Shown: piece after piece, positions 1 through 11,532 of the stretch
Numbering within the stretch: position 1 is the stretch's first letter
Layout of the letters: the number at the start of each line of letters is the position of its first letter
Assembly: GCF_006345805.1 (NCBI RefSeq)
Contig: NC_043000.1
Location: 16,988,001-17,052,000 of the forward strand
Length of the DNA: 64,000 nucleotides
Reading direction: 5' to 3'
DNA from: Octopus sinensis
Taxonomy: Eukaryota
Notes under the pieces: generated by a model
Told to the model about the DNA's origin: nothing
Database searches by the model: none
Seen by the model: the letters and a program-made list of their open reading frames with translations, nothing else
Position numbers and translations under genes: made by a program

Positions 1-1314
1 TGAGTGTGCGTGTACACATGTATCATATCTACATTCTATTCACACAGACAATATGAAGACATCCTACACACACACACACACACACACACGTACACATAAT
101 TGTTCCATTTGATTGGGCAATGACACAATGATTCATTTGTTTGACCAGTAACAGAACTGAACCCACAACCTTTTGTTTCAAGTAAAGAAAGTACAGTAGA
201 GTTTTAGAAATAAACAACTGATTGCAAAGATTCTTGATATCATGGAGTCACAAAAGGAAGAACTGCTGAGGGGAAGTGGTGACATTAATATATTTCCTAT
301 GGCAGGAAAGGCAAACAAATAAAGCATAAGAATTAAGTGGATTGGGGGTAGAGAAACGGGAGGTGGAATATTATTCTGGACCATTTTCTATTAGAGTTTA
401 GAAGCAGAGAATTGAGAATAACATCTCTTTCTCCTCCCTATTCTCTGTCTCTCTGTGTCCAGCCTTCCTTATCCCTGATATCTGTCTAAATCTCTGATAG
501 GCCTAACACTCTCATTTAACAGAATTACCTGGTGCTTGGGAATCATTAGCAAAGTTTACTTGTTTAGCATTTAAGCCAGCCATATATAGTTTTCAATATT
601 ACACCTGTTTTATGTTCAAGCCATTCAGATCTGTCATCTCACACTATGTCAGTTCAAAAATAACAATTATGTCAATGAAATCTCAAAGCTATAGGCAAAT
701 GCACTATTAACTGAAAACAATGTGAATAAATAAGCTTTACATTTGACAGAGTGCTAATGGGTTAATCTGCTGTAAGCAGTCAGACCAGGCATTCTAATTC
801 ACCTCCACTGTTCATTATAAGCAGATGCTTATTCCAGCAGATGTTAAAGCTAGACCTTGACTAAATCAGTTTACTAGACAAGGGGAACTTTCAAAAGATC
901 ATTGGAACTTCTTATCACATGCTTAACTTAAAATGTCTGCTAATCTTGTTTTTCTGTCTACTCAACAATTGGTTCATTCATTGCATTATTTGACTCTTCT
1001 TTGCTGGGAAACCCTAATATCTATCTGCCCTTTTGTCCATTCTTACTATTTGCCTATCAGTTCCCTTATTTGTTTACCCATTTCTCTAAACCTCTGTCAA
1101 CTAAATCCTTCATTTGTTTGGATCTTTGTCCATACTTTCTGCTTGCCATCTATGTTTAATTATCTCTCTATACCTGTCCACTTGTCAATCTGTCTGTCTG
1201 CCCCAACACCACCCCACCTGTCTGTCCATCTGTCCTGAACATCACTCCACCTGTCCCTTCACTCCTCACACCACAATACCATACTTGCACCACAAAGAAC
1301 AGATATTACAGTAC

Positions 1315-1431
1315 CTCAAATTTTGGACTTCCTGGTGGATGAAGTCGACGGTCAGTCTTGATAACGTAGTGAGCTGATGCTGGAGTAAGGATAGCCGTCA
1401 TTCTCTGCCTGTACTTAGAATCCTGTGCTGC
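1315..1431 (-). CDS. Candidate coding exon (117 nt, phase 0/0): AAQDSKYRQRMTAILTPASAHYVIKTDRRLHPPGSPKFE; protein not recognised
   Basis: Minus strand: pyrimidine-rich acceptor (ctctcgccacatctcttcag|G) and donor GAG|gtactg. Only one of three frames is open. In-frame ATG with A at -3 (MTAILTP...). Unique, non-repetitive sequence. No homology search possible. Confidence 0.55.
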
Positions 1432-1524
1432 CTGAAGAGATGTGGCGAGAGTGACCAGAAGAATGTCCTCTCTCTCTTTGTCTCTCCCTCTCTATCTTTT
1501 TTTTTTGCTGTCTTTGAGTAGTGA

Positions 1525-1536
1525 CCAATGACGTCA
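1525..1536. promoter_or_regulatory. Overlapping CCAAT and perfect CRE palindrome (CCAATGACGTCA)
   Basis: TGACGTCA at 1529-1536, about 100 bp upstream (minus sense) of the candidate exon acceptor. Confidence 0.35.
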
Positions 1537-1734
1537 ACACACACAAGTGCCAGTGGTGTGACTATTTTAAAATGTTATCGTAAATACCAACTTCATTTCA
1601 GAACTTTCGCTCTTGTCTCAAGCACCAAAATTCCTGCTGCTAGCTGTCAGCCTCTTTTCTTCCTCAAATCCCACAATGACACCCTCCTGCTCATGTGCAG
1701 CTCTCAAACTAAATGGGCTACCTTAGTTAAAACG

Positions 1735-1780
<46 letters not shown>

Positions 1781-3519
1781 GAAGATATAGACAGACAGAT
1801 AATGATAGAGAGGAGAGAGGGAGGGGGGAAGAGAGAGAGAGAGAGAGAGAGATAGAAAGAGTAAGAGTGCGTGCGCGAGTGTGAATGTCAAGACTTAGTT
1901 ATTGCCACCAGGTATTTCTCTCCACCTGCCTGTCAGATCAGAGCCTGTACATACACCCACTACCACCTCCGCTAATATCATCGCTACCAAGATTATTTAT
2001 TACCACCAGAGAGAACACCACCAGCACTATCAATCACAGCCAATCCAGTAACAAATAGAACTAATAATATTAACACCAACAAACACAACAACAACAATAG
2101 TAATTTGTCAGTAAGGAGGTGGGATGTAAATTGTAAAGAAGGCAGGATAGGTGGGTGTTTCAAAAGTTTTTTTTAATTTTTTTATGTGAGATTTTCTTTT
2201 TTGTTTTTGTTTAAATTTTTTTATTTTTTATAAACATGCTTGGGATAGGATAATTCTTCTTCTGTAGATTAAGATTATCTGATTAGTGTTATTCAGATAT
2301 GAAAAGAAAGTTGCCAAAAGGGAATGTTAATTAAGCAGGAGGAGCTGAGCACAAGCACGAACCCCCACCCACCCGCCCACTCTGCTAGCCAGACTGATGA
2401 CCCAAACGCCCTCACCATCGAATCAACAGCGCCAACAACAACACTGCCAGCTTAACACAACAAAATTAATTACAATGTTCAACGACAAACAGAAGAGTAT
2501 TAAGAAATAATGGGATTAATTAGGAGGGGGAGGGAGAAAGAGAGAAAGAGAGAGAGAGAGAGAGGAGGGGATAGAGGAAAGAAAGACAAAAGAAAGTGCA
2601 ACAGGCTATAAGTAAGTTCTTTGTCTCTTGACACAAACACATCTGAACACTTGCAGCTCCATCTTAGTGCTTCAGTTTGTTGTACTATGGATTACAATTT
2701 AGACAAATAGTCACCTATTTTTTTTTTTTTTTTAATTATATTACCAATAAAAACAGTATTGTTACACAGGAAGTTGGGGCGGAGAAACATTTGGCTTTTG
2801 TCAGCAAAACCCACAAACATGAAGGAGGGTAAAGAATTAAAGTTGTCGACACATCTGTTTTGTCATGGTATTAATGTCAGTTTGGCTAGAAAAAGACTGT
2901 CCTGTTGGCTTTCTGTGCCTTACTTTCATTACAGTCAGCCTGCTGAAAGATCCACAAGTTCTTAGCTCACTCTCATACTAATTAATACATCATAGAAGAT
3001 TACAGGAAGCAATTAACACTGTAACACAGCTCACACTCCAAACAAACACACCAAGATATCACAGACCACACACACCATACTAACCAACACATAGTACTGC
3101 AGTTTATTATACATCACACATACTAACAACATACATAGTATTTCAGTTCACACTAACCAACAGGGTAGGAGGGAACAGTGACCTGGTTACTCAGCCTGCT
3201 AGAAATAGCAAACAAATTACATCTTGCCAACTTAACAGAGACATCTAGGACACGGGGGGTGGGTGGCGAATGTAGTTTTGGGTATATAATTCCTGGCAAT
3301 TAGACATGATAGTTCTAGCCGGAACATTTCTGATTAAGGACTGCTCACTCAGGTATGGAGTTAAAACAACAACAAAGTACAGTATTTTCACATACTGTAC
3401 TTGAGGTAGCTACTAACCTTGGTATGGACTTGTGAAATGAAGAAAACACTCATGACGTTAAGGATAATGATGATTATGTTTGACATCCAATGAATTTGTT
3501 GAAAATATACATTAGAAAT

Positions 3520-3905
3520 AGGCGCAGGAGTGGCTGTGTGGTAAGTAGCTTGCTAAACAACCACATGGTTCCGGGTTCAATCCCACTGCGTGGCATCTTG
3601 GGCAAGTGTCTTCTGCTATAGTCCCGGGCCGACCAATGCCTTGTGAGTGGATTTGGTAGATGGAAACTGAAAGAAGCCTGTCGTATATATGTATACATAT
3701 ATATATATGTATGTGTGTGTGTTTGTTTGTCTGTGTTTGTCCCCCTAGCATTGCTTGACAACCGATGCTGGTGTGTTTACGTTCCCGTCACTTAGTGGTT
3801 CTGCAAAAGAGACCGATAGAATAAGTCCCGGAGTCGATTTGCTTGACTAAAGGCGGTGCTCCAGCATGGCCGCAGTCAAATGACTGAAACAAGTAAAGAG
3901 TAAAT
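3520..3905 (+). mobile_element. SINE family A (tRNA-derived head, internal TA/TG microsatellite, AAAGAGT-type tail)
   Basis: GGCGCAGGAGTGGCTGTGTGG A-box-like and GGTTCAATCCC B-box-like head; near-identical to many copies in the window. Confidence 0.9.
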
Positions 3906-4285
3906 AGATTCTGAATTTGAACCAAGCCAAACAACATGCAAATGTATGTATGCATGTATTTATATACAGACTTGGAAACAACTTGCTTGTACAAGAGCAG
4001 TCAATCAAAAACTCTATATACCAGTAGCAGAAAGCCAGTAGGCTCAGGGATCATCAGGAGAGAACGCAGGACCTTATGTGTGTGTATGTGTGTATATATA
4101 TATACACACATACACACACACACATATATATATATGGGTTTCAGTACAACAATTACCATCTACCAAATTTAACTTACAAGCCATTAATTAAGCTGAGGCT
4201 GACAGCAGATGTTTGCCTAAGGTGCCATGCATTTACTTTTTAACCATACAGCCATAAGTTTGCTTATATATATATATATATATAT

Positions 4286-4451
4286 ACACATTATTTATGG
4301 GATGACCCAATATATATATCATCATCATCATCATCATTTAACGTCCGTTTTCCATGCTAGCATGGGTTGGACGGTTCAACTGGGGTCTTTCGGGCTCCCC
4401 AGACCCCAGTTGAACCGTCCAACCCATGCTAGCATGGAAAACGGACGTTAA

Positions 4452-4486
<35 letters not shown>

Positions 4487-4518
4487 ATATATATTGGGTC
4501 ATCCCATAAATAATGTGT
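4286..4518. repeat. Near-perfect palindrome (mariner TIR plus SINE-D tail), 12-nt loop
   Basis: 4286-4388 is the reverse complement of 4401-4518 except for the (CAT)n copy number. Confidence 0.95.
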
Positions 4519-5420
4519 TTTTTTGAATTGCATGAACTAAAAGTCAGAGGAGGACAGGATAAACTACCTGCATCAACTTGCTATAAAAGCAGGTAGTAAT
4601 TTTACCTTGCCTTATTCTTAGTGCAAGTTTTGAAGAGTGCAGTTCGATTTTAACAGTTAATTTTTCAAAGCTATAATGGAAGTGACAAAGGAGCATCTTC
4701 AGCATATTTTGCTTTATGAGTTCAATAAAGGCAACAATGCAATGGAAAGTGCAAGGAATATTAATGGAGTATATGGGGATCGGACAATAAGCGTGAGCCA
4801 GTGTCAATGGTGATTCCAGGAATTCTGAGCCAGAAACTACAGCCTAGAAGATGAGCCTTGTCCTAGAAGATCTGTAAAGCTCAATAAGGACATCCTGCAA
4901 ACCCTGGTGGAACAAAATCCCATTGTACTGTTGAGGAACTACCAGAGAAGGTTGGATTTGGTCATTCAACCAGTCATTCAAGTCAACGCGAGAAGAAAAA
5001 AGACCATCTCTGGTTTCAAGACGAAAGGTGTTCTTCCATAAGGATAATGCTAAGCCACATTACAGCGAGGATGACATTCCAAGGGCTGGAGCAGTTTGAA
5101 TGGGAAACGATGCCCCACCCACCATATTTGCTGGACATTGTCCCATCTGATTATCATTTATTCCGCTGTCTTCAAAATCATTTGGACAGAAAAATTATGA
5201 ATTCTGTAGACAAGGTCAGAACAGTACTAGAGGAGAATTTTTCATCATGAACAAGTGAATTTCGGAAGAGGTGCTTTGCAAGTCTACCAGATAAATGGAA
5301 GAGCATTGTAGAAAATGAAGGAGAGTATATTTTTTTATTTTAGATTAAGAAAGAACATTATTTTAATTTTGAAAAATAAAAGAAGTATAAAAAAACTGCA
5401 TTATTTATGGAATGACCCAA
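4494..5420 (+). mobile_element. Internally deleted mariner (Tc1/mariner) transposon with pseudogenised transposase
   Basis: TA-flanked TIRs TTGGGTCATCCCATAAATAATG / CATTATTTATGGAATGACCCAA. From ATG 4676: MEVTKEHLQHILLYEFNKGNNAMESARNINGVYG...LEDEP (HTH, with stops). C-terminal PHPPYLLDIVPSDYHLF matches the mariner YSPDLAPSDYHLF motif. Confidence 0.92.
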
Positions 5421-5847
5421 TATATATATATATTTATTTATTTATTTTTTGAGAGAGGGAGAGAGAGAGAGCTAAATAGATAAATGGATAGATAGAGAGG
5501 AAGAAACTACACTGTTCTGTAAGCAATCCGCGGATAGAGAATAGAGCTTAATATAATAAAATAGATTAATTTAATAAAATTTATTTTTAAGCTGTAAATT
5601 CACAAACTGCAATAAAAATTTTTTGTTTTACTTATTTTCGAGCAATGAAAGAAATGAATCAGCTGATCTTGTATTTACTTATGAAATGGAGACAACAGAA
5701 AAACTTTTAATTTAGTTGCAGCATTTAACAAGTATTATTCAAGGTTATTTGATGCCCGTCTACTATGTATTTTGATATGTATGAACAGACCATTGCAATT
5801 TATGATTGCTTTATGGTTTTCTAGTTTATTTTGTGATACAAAAATAT

Positions 5848-6210
5848 AGACGCAGGCGTGGCTTTTTGGTAAGAAGCTTACTTTTCAGGTTCAGTTCCAC
5901 CGTGTGGTACCTTGGGCAAATGTCTTCTACTATAGTCTTGAGCCAACAAAAGTCTTGTGAGAGCATTTGGTAGAGAGAAACTGAAAGAAGCCCATCACAT
6001 ATATGTATGTTTGCGTGTGTGTGTCCCACCACTGCTTGACAACAGTTGGTGTGTTTACATCCCCTAATTTAGTGGTTTGGCAAAAGAGACCAATAGAATA
6101 AGTACCAGGGTTTAAAAATGATAAGTACTGGGGTTGATTCATTCAACTAAAAAGTTTTCAATGTGCTACCCCAGCATGGCCACAGCATAATGATTGAAAC
6201 AAGATAAAAT
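5848..6210 (+). mobile_element. SINE family A, diverged copy
   Basis: Colinear with young A copies, many substitutions. Confidence 0.8.
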
Positions 6211-6289
6211 AAGTGGGCAATTCCTCTTTATGTTGGAAATTGTGTAGGGTATAAGCCATGTTAATGATTTTCATGGCACTTGTGCCTCG

Positions 6290-6665
6290 TGCTAGTAGGT
6301 TGCTAAGAGCACCATCCAAGCGTGACCATTACCAGAACAGCTAACTGGCTTCCATGCCGGTGGCATGTAAAAGGCACCATTCAAGCAGGATCATTACCAG
6401 CATTGCTTTACTGACACCTGTGCCGGTGGCATGTGTAAAAAGATTTGAGCGAGGTCGTTGCCAGTACCACCTGACTGGCCCTTGTGCTGGTGGCACATAA
6501 AAGCACCTACCACACTCTCAGAGTGGTTGGCGTTAGGAAGGGCATCCAGCTGTAGAAACTCTGCCAGATCAAGACTGGAGCCTGGTGTAGCCAGCTAGTT
6601 TGCCAGCCCTCAGTCAAACTGTCCAACCCATGCTAGCATGGAAAGCGGACGTTAAATGATGATGA
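6290..6665 (+). mobile_element. SINE/LINE-tail family D (GCCGGTGGCACGTAAAA subrepeats, GGTTGGCGTTAGGAAGGGCATCC core, (TGA)n tail)
   Basis: Same modules recur at about 20.0, 28.2, 37.3 and 43.1 kb; ends CCAACCCATGCTAGCATGGAAAGCGGACGTTAAATGATGATG. Confidence 0.8.
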
Positions 6666-7644
6666 AAATGATGAATGATGAAATCAGTGTAATAGTTTGT
6701 TCATCAATCTGACACTGACTAATGAATGATACTGGAGCAGTGCAAGGTTTGTTGGTTGTTTTTGTCTTTTATAGCGAAAAAGCTAGGCATTCATCAGACA
6801 CTCTCTTGCTCTTGCACAATGTGCCCAGTGGCAAGATAAAGTCAGAACAGCTGAGCTTGTAAGAGGATGCAAAAGGTTACCAAACTGGTTGAAGGGATCT
6901 CCGGGCCTCACATTAATATCTAATTTAGTTTGTCCAAAGCCACAAAGCTATGAACCAGATGTTTGACCTTCACCATGGCTTGGTTGATAGTGTATTTTAT
7001 TGACCCTAGAAGGAGAAAGGCAAAGTTGACCTTGAGGGATTTGAACTCAGAAACACTATAAGGGATTTTATCTGGCACCCTATTGGTTTACCATCCATCA
7101 CACCACCACTACTTATGCATATTCCTTATGATTAGGTACAAGGAGCTAATTTTTGTGAGGGAGTAATACACAGCGGGAAGTGAATCACAATATGTTGTTA
7201 TATGGCATTAAAGAGGGATGAAATTATCTTCTATTGCAAGGTATGTTCAGTAAACCTTGATATCTGATGTATTCTGGGTATGAAATAGTGACATGATGAT
7301 ACATCATACAGAGAAGGATGACTGTGGGGGTAGTTCCTTGGGGTGAGACAAGCCCAGTCTGTAGAATGCTATTAGGAATACATAGAGGGGATGGTGAAAA
7401 ATAGTTAAGACACATTAGAAATGTTCTCCTTTCAAGAACCATTCAACCTGTTATCACTTTCACTTAAAAAAAAAAAAACGGCGTACATTAATTGATGATA
7501 ATTATGATGATGATAATTGGTAAAGATGATGTTGATAGTAGGCAATGATGATGGTGGTGATGTGGATGATGAGGATGATGATGACAGTAGCAGAACCGCT
7601 GAAGGGCAGACAATTACTTCCAGTTCGTTACACTTCAGCTGTTC

Positions 7645-7768
7645 GTTGCTAAGGCAACAAGCCACAGATTGGTGATCTCAACTCTTTAGTGGGTAAACTG
7701 CATAGACATAAAAATGTGTTGTTGTTGTTGTTTTAATAGTCCAGTGCGTTCCTATTTGGCCAATCGGC
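7645..7768. promoter_or_regulatory. Promoter-like cluster: RFX X-box GTTGCTAAGGCAAC (7645-7658) and two CCAAT boxes (AGATTGGT about 7667; GGCCAATCG about 7760)
   Basis: Motifs match established consensus sequences and sit in locally CpG-enriched unique sequence. Confidence 0.45.
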
Positions 7769-8082
7769 TCGCTGACATTTAGAATTCTTGACAGAAGTAT
7801 TTCTTCCTCGAGCTGATATCGATATCCAACAAAATAAATAACATCTTTCAATGATTCTACACAGGAACGTAACGTAACGACATTCTACTTGTTGCTAAAT
7901 ATCATATTTTCATTCCTGTACATTAATGATATTTTCTGTCACTCACACAATTTACTCTCAGACCATAGCAACTTAAATCTACCCACTCACCATAAGCTAT
8001 TAAGATCAAAGTCTAAAAATTATTTGAAAATGTTTTGTTTTATATGAAAACAAAAAATGTTTCTCAACTTGGATTAGAATGT

Positions 8083-8124
8083 ACTATGTTGATGAAGTCT
8101 AATAGACAGAAACATGTCCATAGT
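8083..8124 (+). ncRNA. Degenerate minimal type I hammerhead ribozyme fold
   Basis: ACTATG-[TTGATGA]-aGTC taata GACa-GAAAC-AT-GTC-CATAGT: stem I is perfect and stem III is palindromic (ACATGT). C3 is mutated and the stem II closing pair is mismatched. Confidence 0.5.
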
Positions 8125-9004
8125 TATAATTTACCTGTAAACAAAGACCAGTTTTTCCATTTCCTAAGCATGTAAATTAATTGAAAGATTAGTTCATAAT
8201 TTCCCTAAATTATTTCCCCTTCTCTCTGGGAGTCTAACAATTACTGGTAGTCTTTTAAATTTTTTTCTCTCCAATTAAGAGAGAAATTTCAATTAACTAA
8301 TAATTCTTTGCTTATAGCTTCCACTCAGGCCATTGGTTAATTATTATGATGTTAGTAGCATACCATGGATACCAAAATATCAAATGCACAGTGAACTTTT
8401 GTCAACAAGAGAACCTCTACTAGGTCATTTGATATGCTAGAAATAGCAGCCAAATCTCTCTCAAATAGTCACAAAAAATAAAGAATATGTTAGATAATAT
8501 AGTTCTACATGTGCAAAAAAAAAAGCCAACAAAAAAACAGTAATCCTGGCTGGGAGGCCTTTAATCATAGGTCTGCCCTAGCAGGCTCCCTTGAACTAAA
8601 CAAAAACAACAACACAAAGGGTGGTTAATAAACTGTCATATATTCAAATGGTTATTAGTAAATATACAGCAGTGAGGTGAGAGTGTCGATCTGTTAGCAT
8701 GTCGAACAAAATGTTTAATGGCATTTCTTCTGGCTCTTTATGTTGTGTGTTCAAATTCCAGAGTCAACTTCATCTTTCAGCCCTTAGGAAGTATCAGTCT
8801 AGTGTTGGGATCAATGTAATTGATTTGTCCTCCATCCCTCAAAAATTGCTGGCCCTGAATCCTGCAATGGACCAGCATCCTGTTCAGCTGTTCTGAGAAA
8901 TGTTGTGATCCCTATCATTTATAATGCCATGGAAACCAGTTACCTGGCATTATGAGTCTTAGGGCTTAAGGATATATATATATATATATATATAAAACGA
9001 TAAA

Positions 9005-9297
9005 CGTTGCCCTTTTCAAGCCTAGCCAGGCTCATAGGCCCGGTTTCTGTGGTGTATGTGTTCCACCTAGCTGGACGGGATGCCAGGCCATTGCAGCGTT
9101 ACTCAAGAAACAGGAAAAGAGAGTGAGAGAAAGTTGTGGCGAAAGAGTACAACAGAGGTTGCCACCACCCCGTGCCAGAGCCTTGTGGAGCTTTTAGTGT
9201 TTTCGCTCAATAAACACATACAATGCCCAGTCTGAGAATCGAAACCGCGATCCTCCGACTGCGAGTCCGCTGCCATAACCACGGGGCCATTGCGCCT

Positions 9298-9299
<2 letters not shown>
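9005..9299 (-). mobile_element. SINE with family-B head and an alternative 3' body
   Basis: 9110-9299 matches the B head; 9005-9110 differs from the canonical B tail. Confidence 0.75.
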
Positions 9300-9340
<41 letters not shown>

Positions 9341-9404
9341 TGCAAACAACAAGGCATCTTGTGTGGCTCTGTGTCAACAAGGCTTGAAAAAATATCGAAA
9401 AAAG

Positions 9405-9650
9405 CGAAAAGGGTACAGTAAACTTGCCACGAAGATTAGAATATCCAACAGTTTCGGATGTAATCAATCTCTCGTCAGGGGGTACAGAAAAAGACAAATT
9501 GAAGAAAGACAAACAAGAGTTTATATCCTCACAGCTTGAAAAATTGGCCTTCTTCAACTTTTTTTCTGTACTCCCTGATGAAGGATTTATATCTGAAAGA
9601 TTAGCTATTCCACACCTCATGGCAAGTTCACTGTACTTTCACTTTATTTC
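9405..9650. mobile_element. Penelope-like remnant: diverged inverted repeat, each arm with a hammerhead-like core
   Basis: Plus arm CCCTGATGAAGGATTTATATCTGAAAG (about 9575); minus arm CCCTGACGAGAGATTGATTACATCCGAAAC (about 9450-9480); flanks homologous in inverted orientation. Confidence 0.5.
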
Positions 9651-10046
9651 TATATATATATATATTACACATATATATATACATACATACATACACAGAC
9701 ACAAACACACAAATGCACACACATACTGTAGGAATGTATGAGTAGTACACTGTGACTGGTAAGTACAAAGATAAGACAAATTATAAAGTTTGCAGGTGAT
9801 AATATAAACCAGTGCTGTCTATGATGTCTAGATAATATTCACAAGAGGAATACCATTTTGATAATTGATAAATCCTTTATCTCACAACTCCCAACACACA
9901 CACACAAACACTAAAATAGTAGCTTCTCAAGGCAAATATATTGTGACAAGTTCAAAATACCATTGCAATAGATTATGAGTAATTTGCAGTCACCATTTAC
10001 CAACCAAGTCCAGCTTACACACCTCCATTGTGACTAATACTAAAAC

Positions 10047-10467
10047 CTTTACTCTCTTTTGCTCTTTTACTTGTTTCAGTCATTTGACTGCGGCCATGCT
10101 GGAGCACAACCTTTAGTCGAGCAAATCGACCTCAGACTTATTCTTTATAAGACTAGCACTTATTCTATCGGTCTCTTATGCCGAACTGCTAAGTTGTGGG
10201 GACATAAATACACCACCATCGGTTGTCAAGCGATGTTGGGAGGGGGGGACAAACAGACACACAAACATATACACACACATACATATATATACATACATAT
10301 ATACAACAGGCTTCTTTCAGTTTCCGTCTACCAAATCCACTCATAAGGCTTTAGTCGGCCCGAGGCTATAGTAGAAGACACTTGCCCAAGGTGTCACGCA
10401 GTGGGACTGAACCTGGAACCATGTGGTTCGTAAGCAAGCTGCTTACCACACAGCCACTCCTGCGCCT
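10047..10467 (-). mobile_element. SINE family A
   Basis: Full-length reverse-complement copy. Confidence 0.9.
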
Positions 10468-10828
10468 ATAGGAAGGCTATATACACATTCCTCTAAAAAG
10501 GGCCACAATACCTCACCCCATCACGCAGCACTGTACACAGCAAACCCAGAATGCTACACTGTACCCTCAGACAACACACCCAAATTACCACAATTGTACC
10601 CTAAACAATGATTGAAAACGGTATGTAACTTAGATGCAACCTTAATTGTGGTTTAGTATGTTTTATGTACAGATGCTAGGGGAGGGCTACTGAGTAACAA
10701 TGAGTCCCATCAGTTCTGATTCTAGTATATATAATCTACAGCAGGTTACCAATTTTTTTTTTTTTCAAATCTCTGCCACAGTTCTAATTGTGCAGAGCTT
10801 TAAATAGAGCTAAGGGACTAGCACTTAC

Positions 10829-10851
10829 CTATGTGTAGGAATAAATAGATA

Positions 10852-10860
<9 letters not shown>
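10829..10860 (-). other. Candidate second recursive splice site or donor (tttattcctacacatag|gtaagtg)
   Basis: TAG directly followed by GTAAGT, downstream of a long (CT)n tract on the minus strand. Confidence 0.35.
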
Positions 10861-10888
<28 letters not shown>

Positions 10889-11407
10889 AAGATAAGGGGA
10901 GAAAGAAATAGATGGGAAGAGGGATAAAGAGAGAGTAAGAGAGGATGAGAAAGTGGAATAAGGGCGGGGAAGAGAGAAAGGGAGAGAAATAGATAACAAG
11001 AGAGCGGAGAGGATGGGAAAGAGAAATAAAAGGGAGAGAGAGAGGGAGAGAGATAGAGAGAGAGGGAGAGAGATAGAGAGAGAGAGAAATAGAAAATAAT
11101 TACAGGAAAGCAAGCCAGGTTAATGAGAGAGTAGAGGTGAATTAATGACAGAAGGTCAGATATATTTCTGGCACGGGTCTGTTTTGGCCCAATAAATTCA
11201 CACCGCATAATAAACATTTTTATGCTTGGGGGGGGGGGAGCTGAGGTTGAGGGGTGCCAGGTGAAGGCGGATCACTGAACAGTCAGCCTCTGGTTTATTT
11301 CAGACCAGTTAAACAAGGGGTGCTCTTCCGGTGGCAGTGGCAGTGTTAGGTTGGTTGGTACTCAGGCCAACATTCCTGAGAAGGCAGAGAGGAAGCTTTT
11401 TAGAAGA

Positions 11408-11532
11408 CAAGAAGAAGAAGAAGAAGAAGAAGAAAGAAGAAGAAGAAAGAAGAAGAAAGAAGAAGAAAAAGAAAGAAAAAAAAAAAAAGAAAAAGAAGAA
11501 GAAAAAGAAGAAGAAAAAGAAAAAGAAGAGAA
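11408..11532 (+). repeat. (GAA)n/poly-purine simple repeat
   Basis: Direct inspection. Confidence 0.95.

Noticed and set aside
178-384. 68-aa hydrophobic ORF as the next exon
   Set aside because: No clear splice donor and low-information composition.
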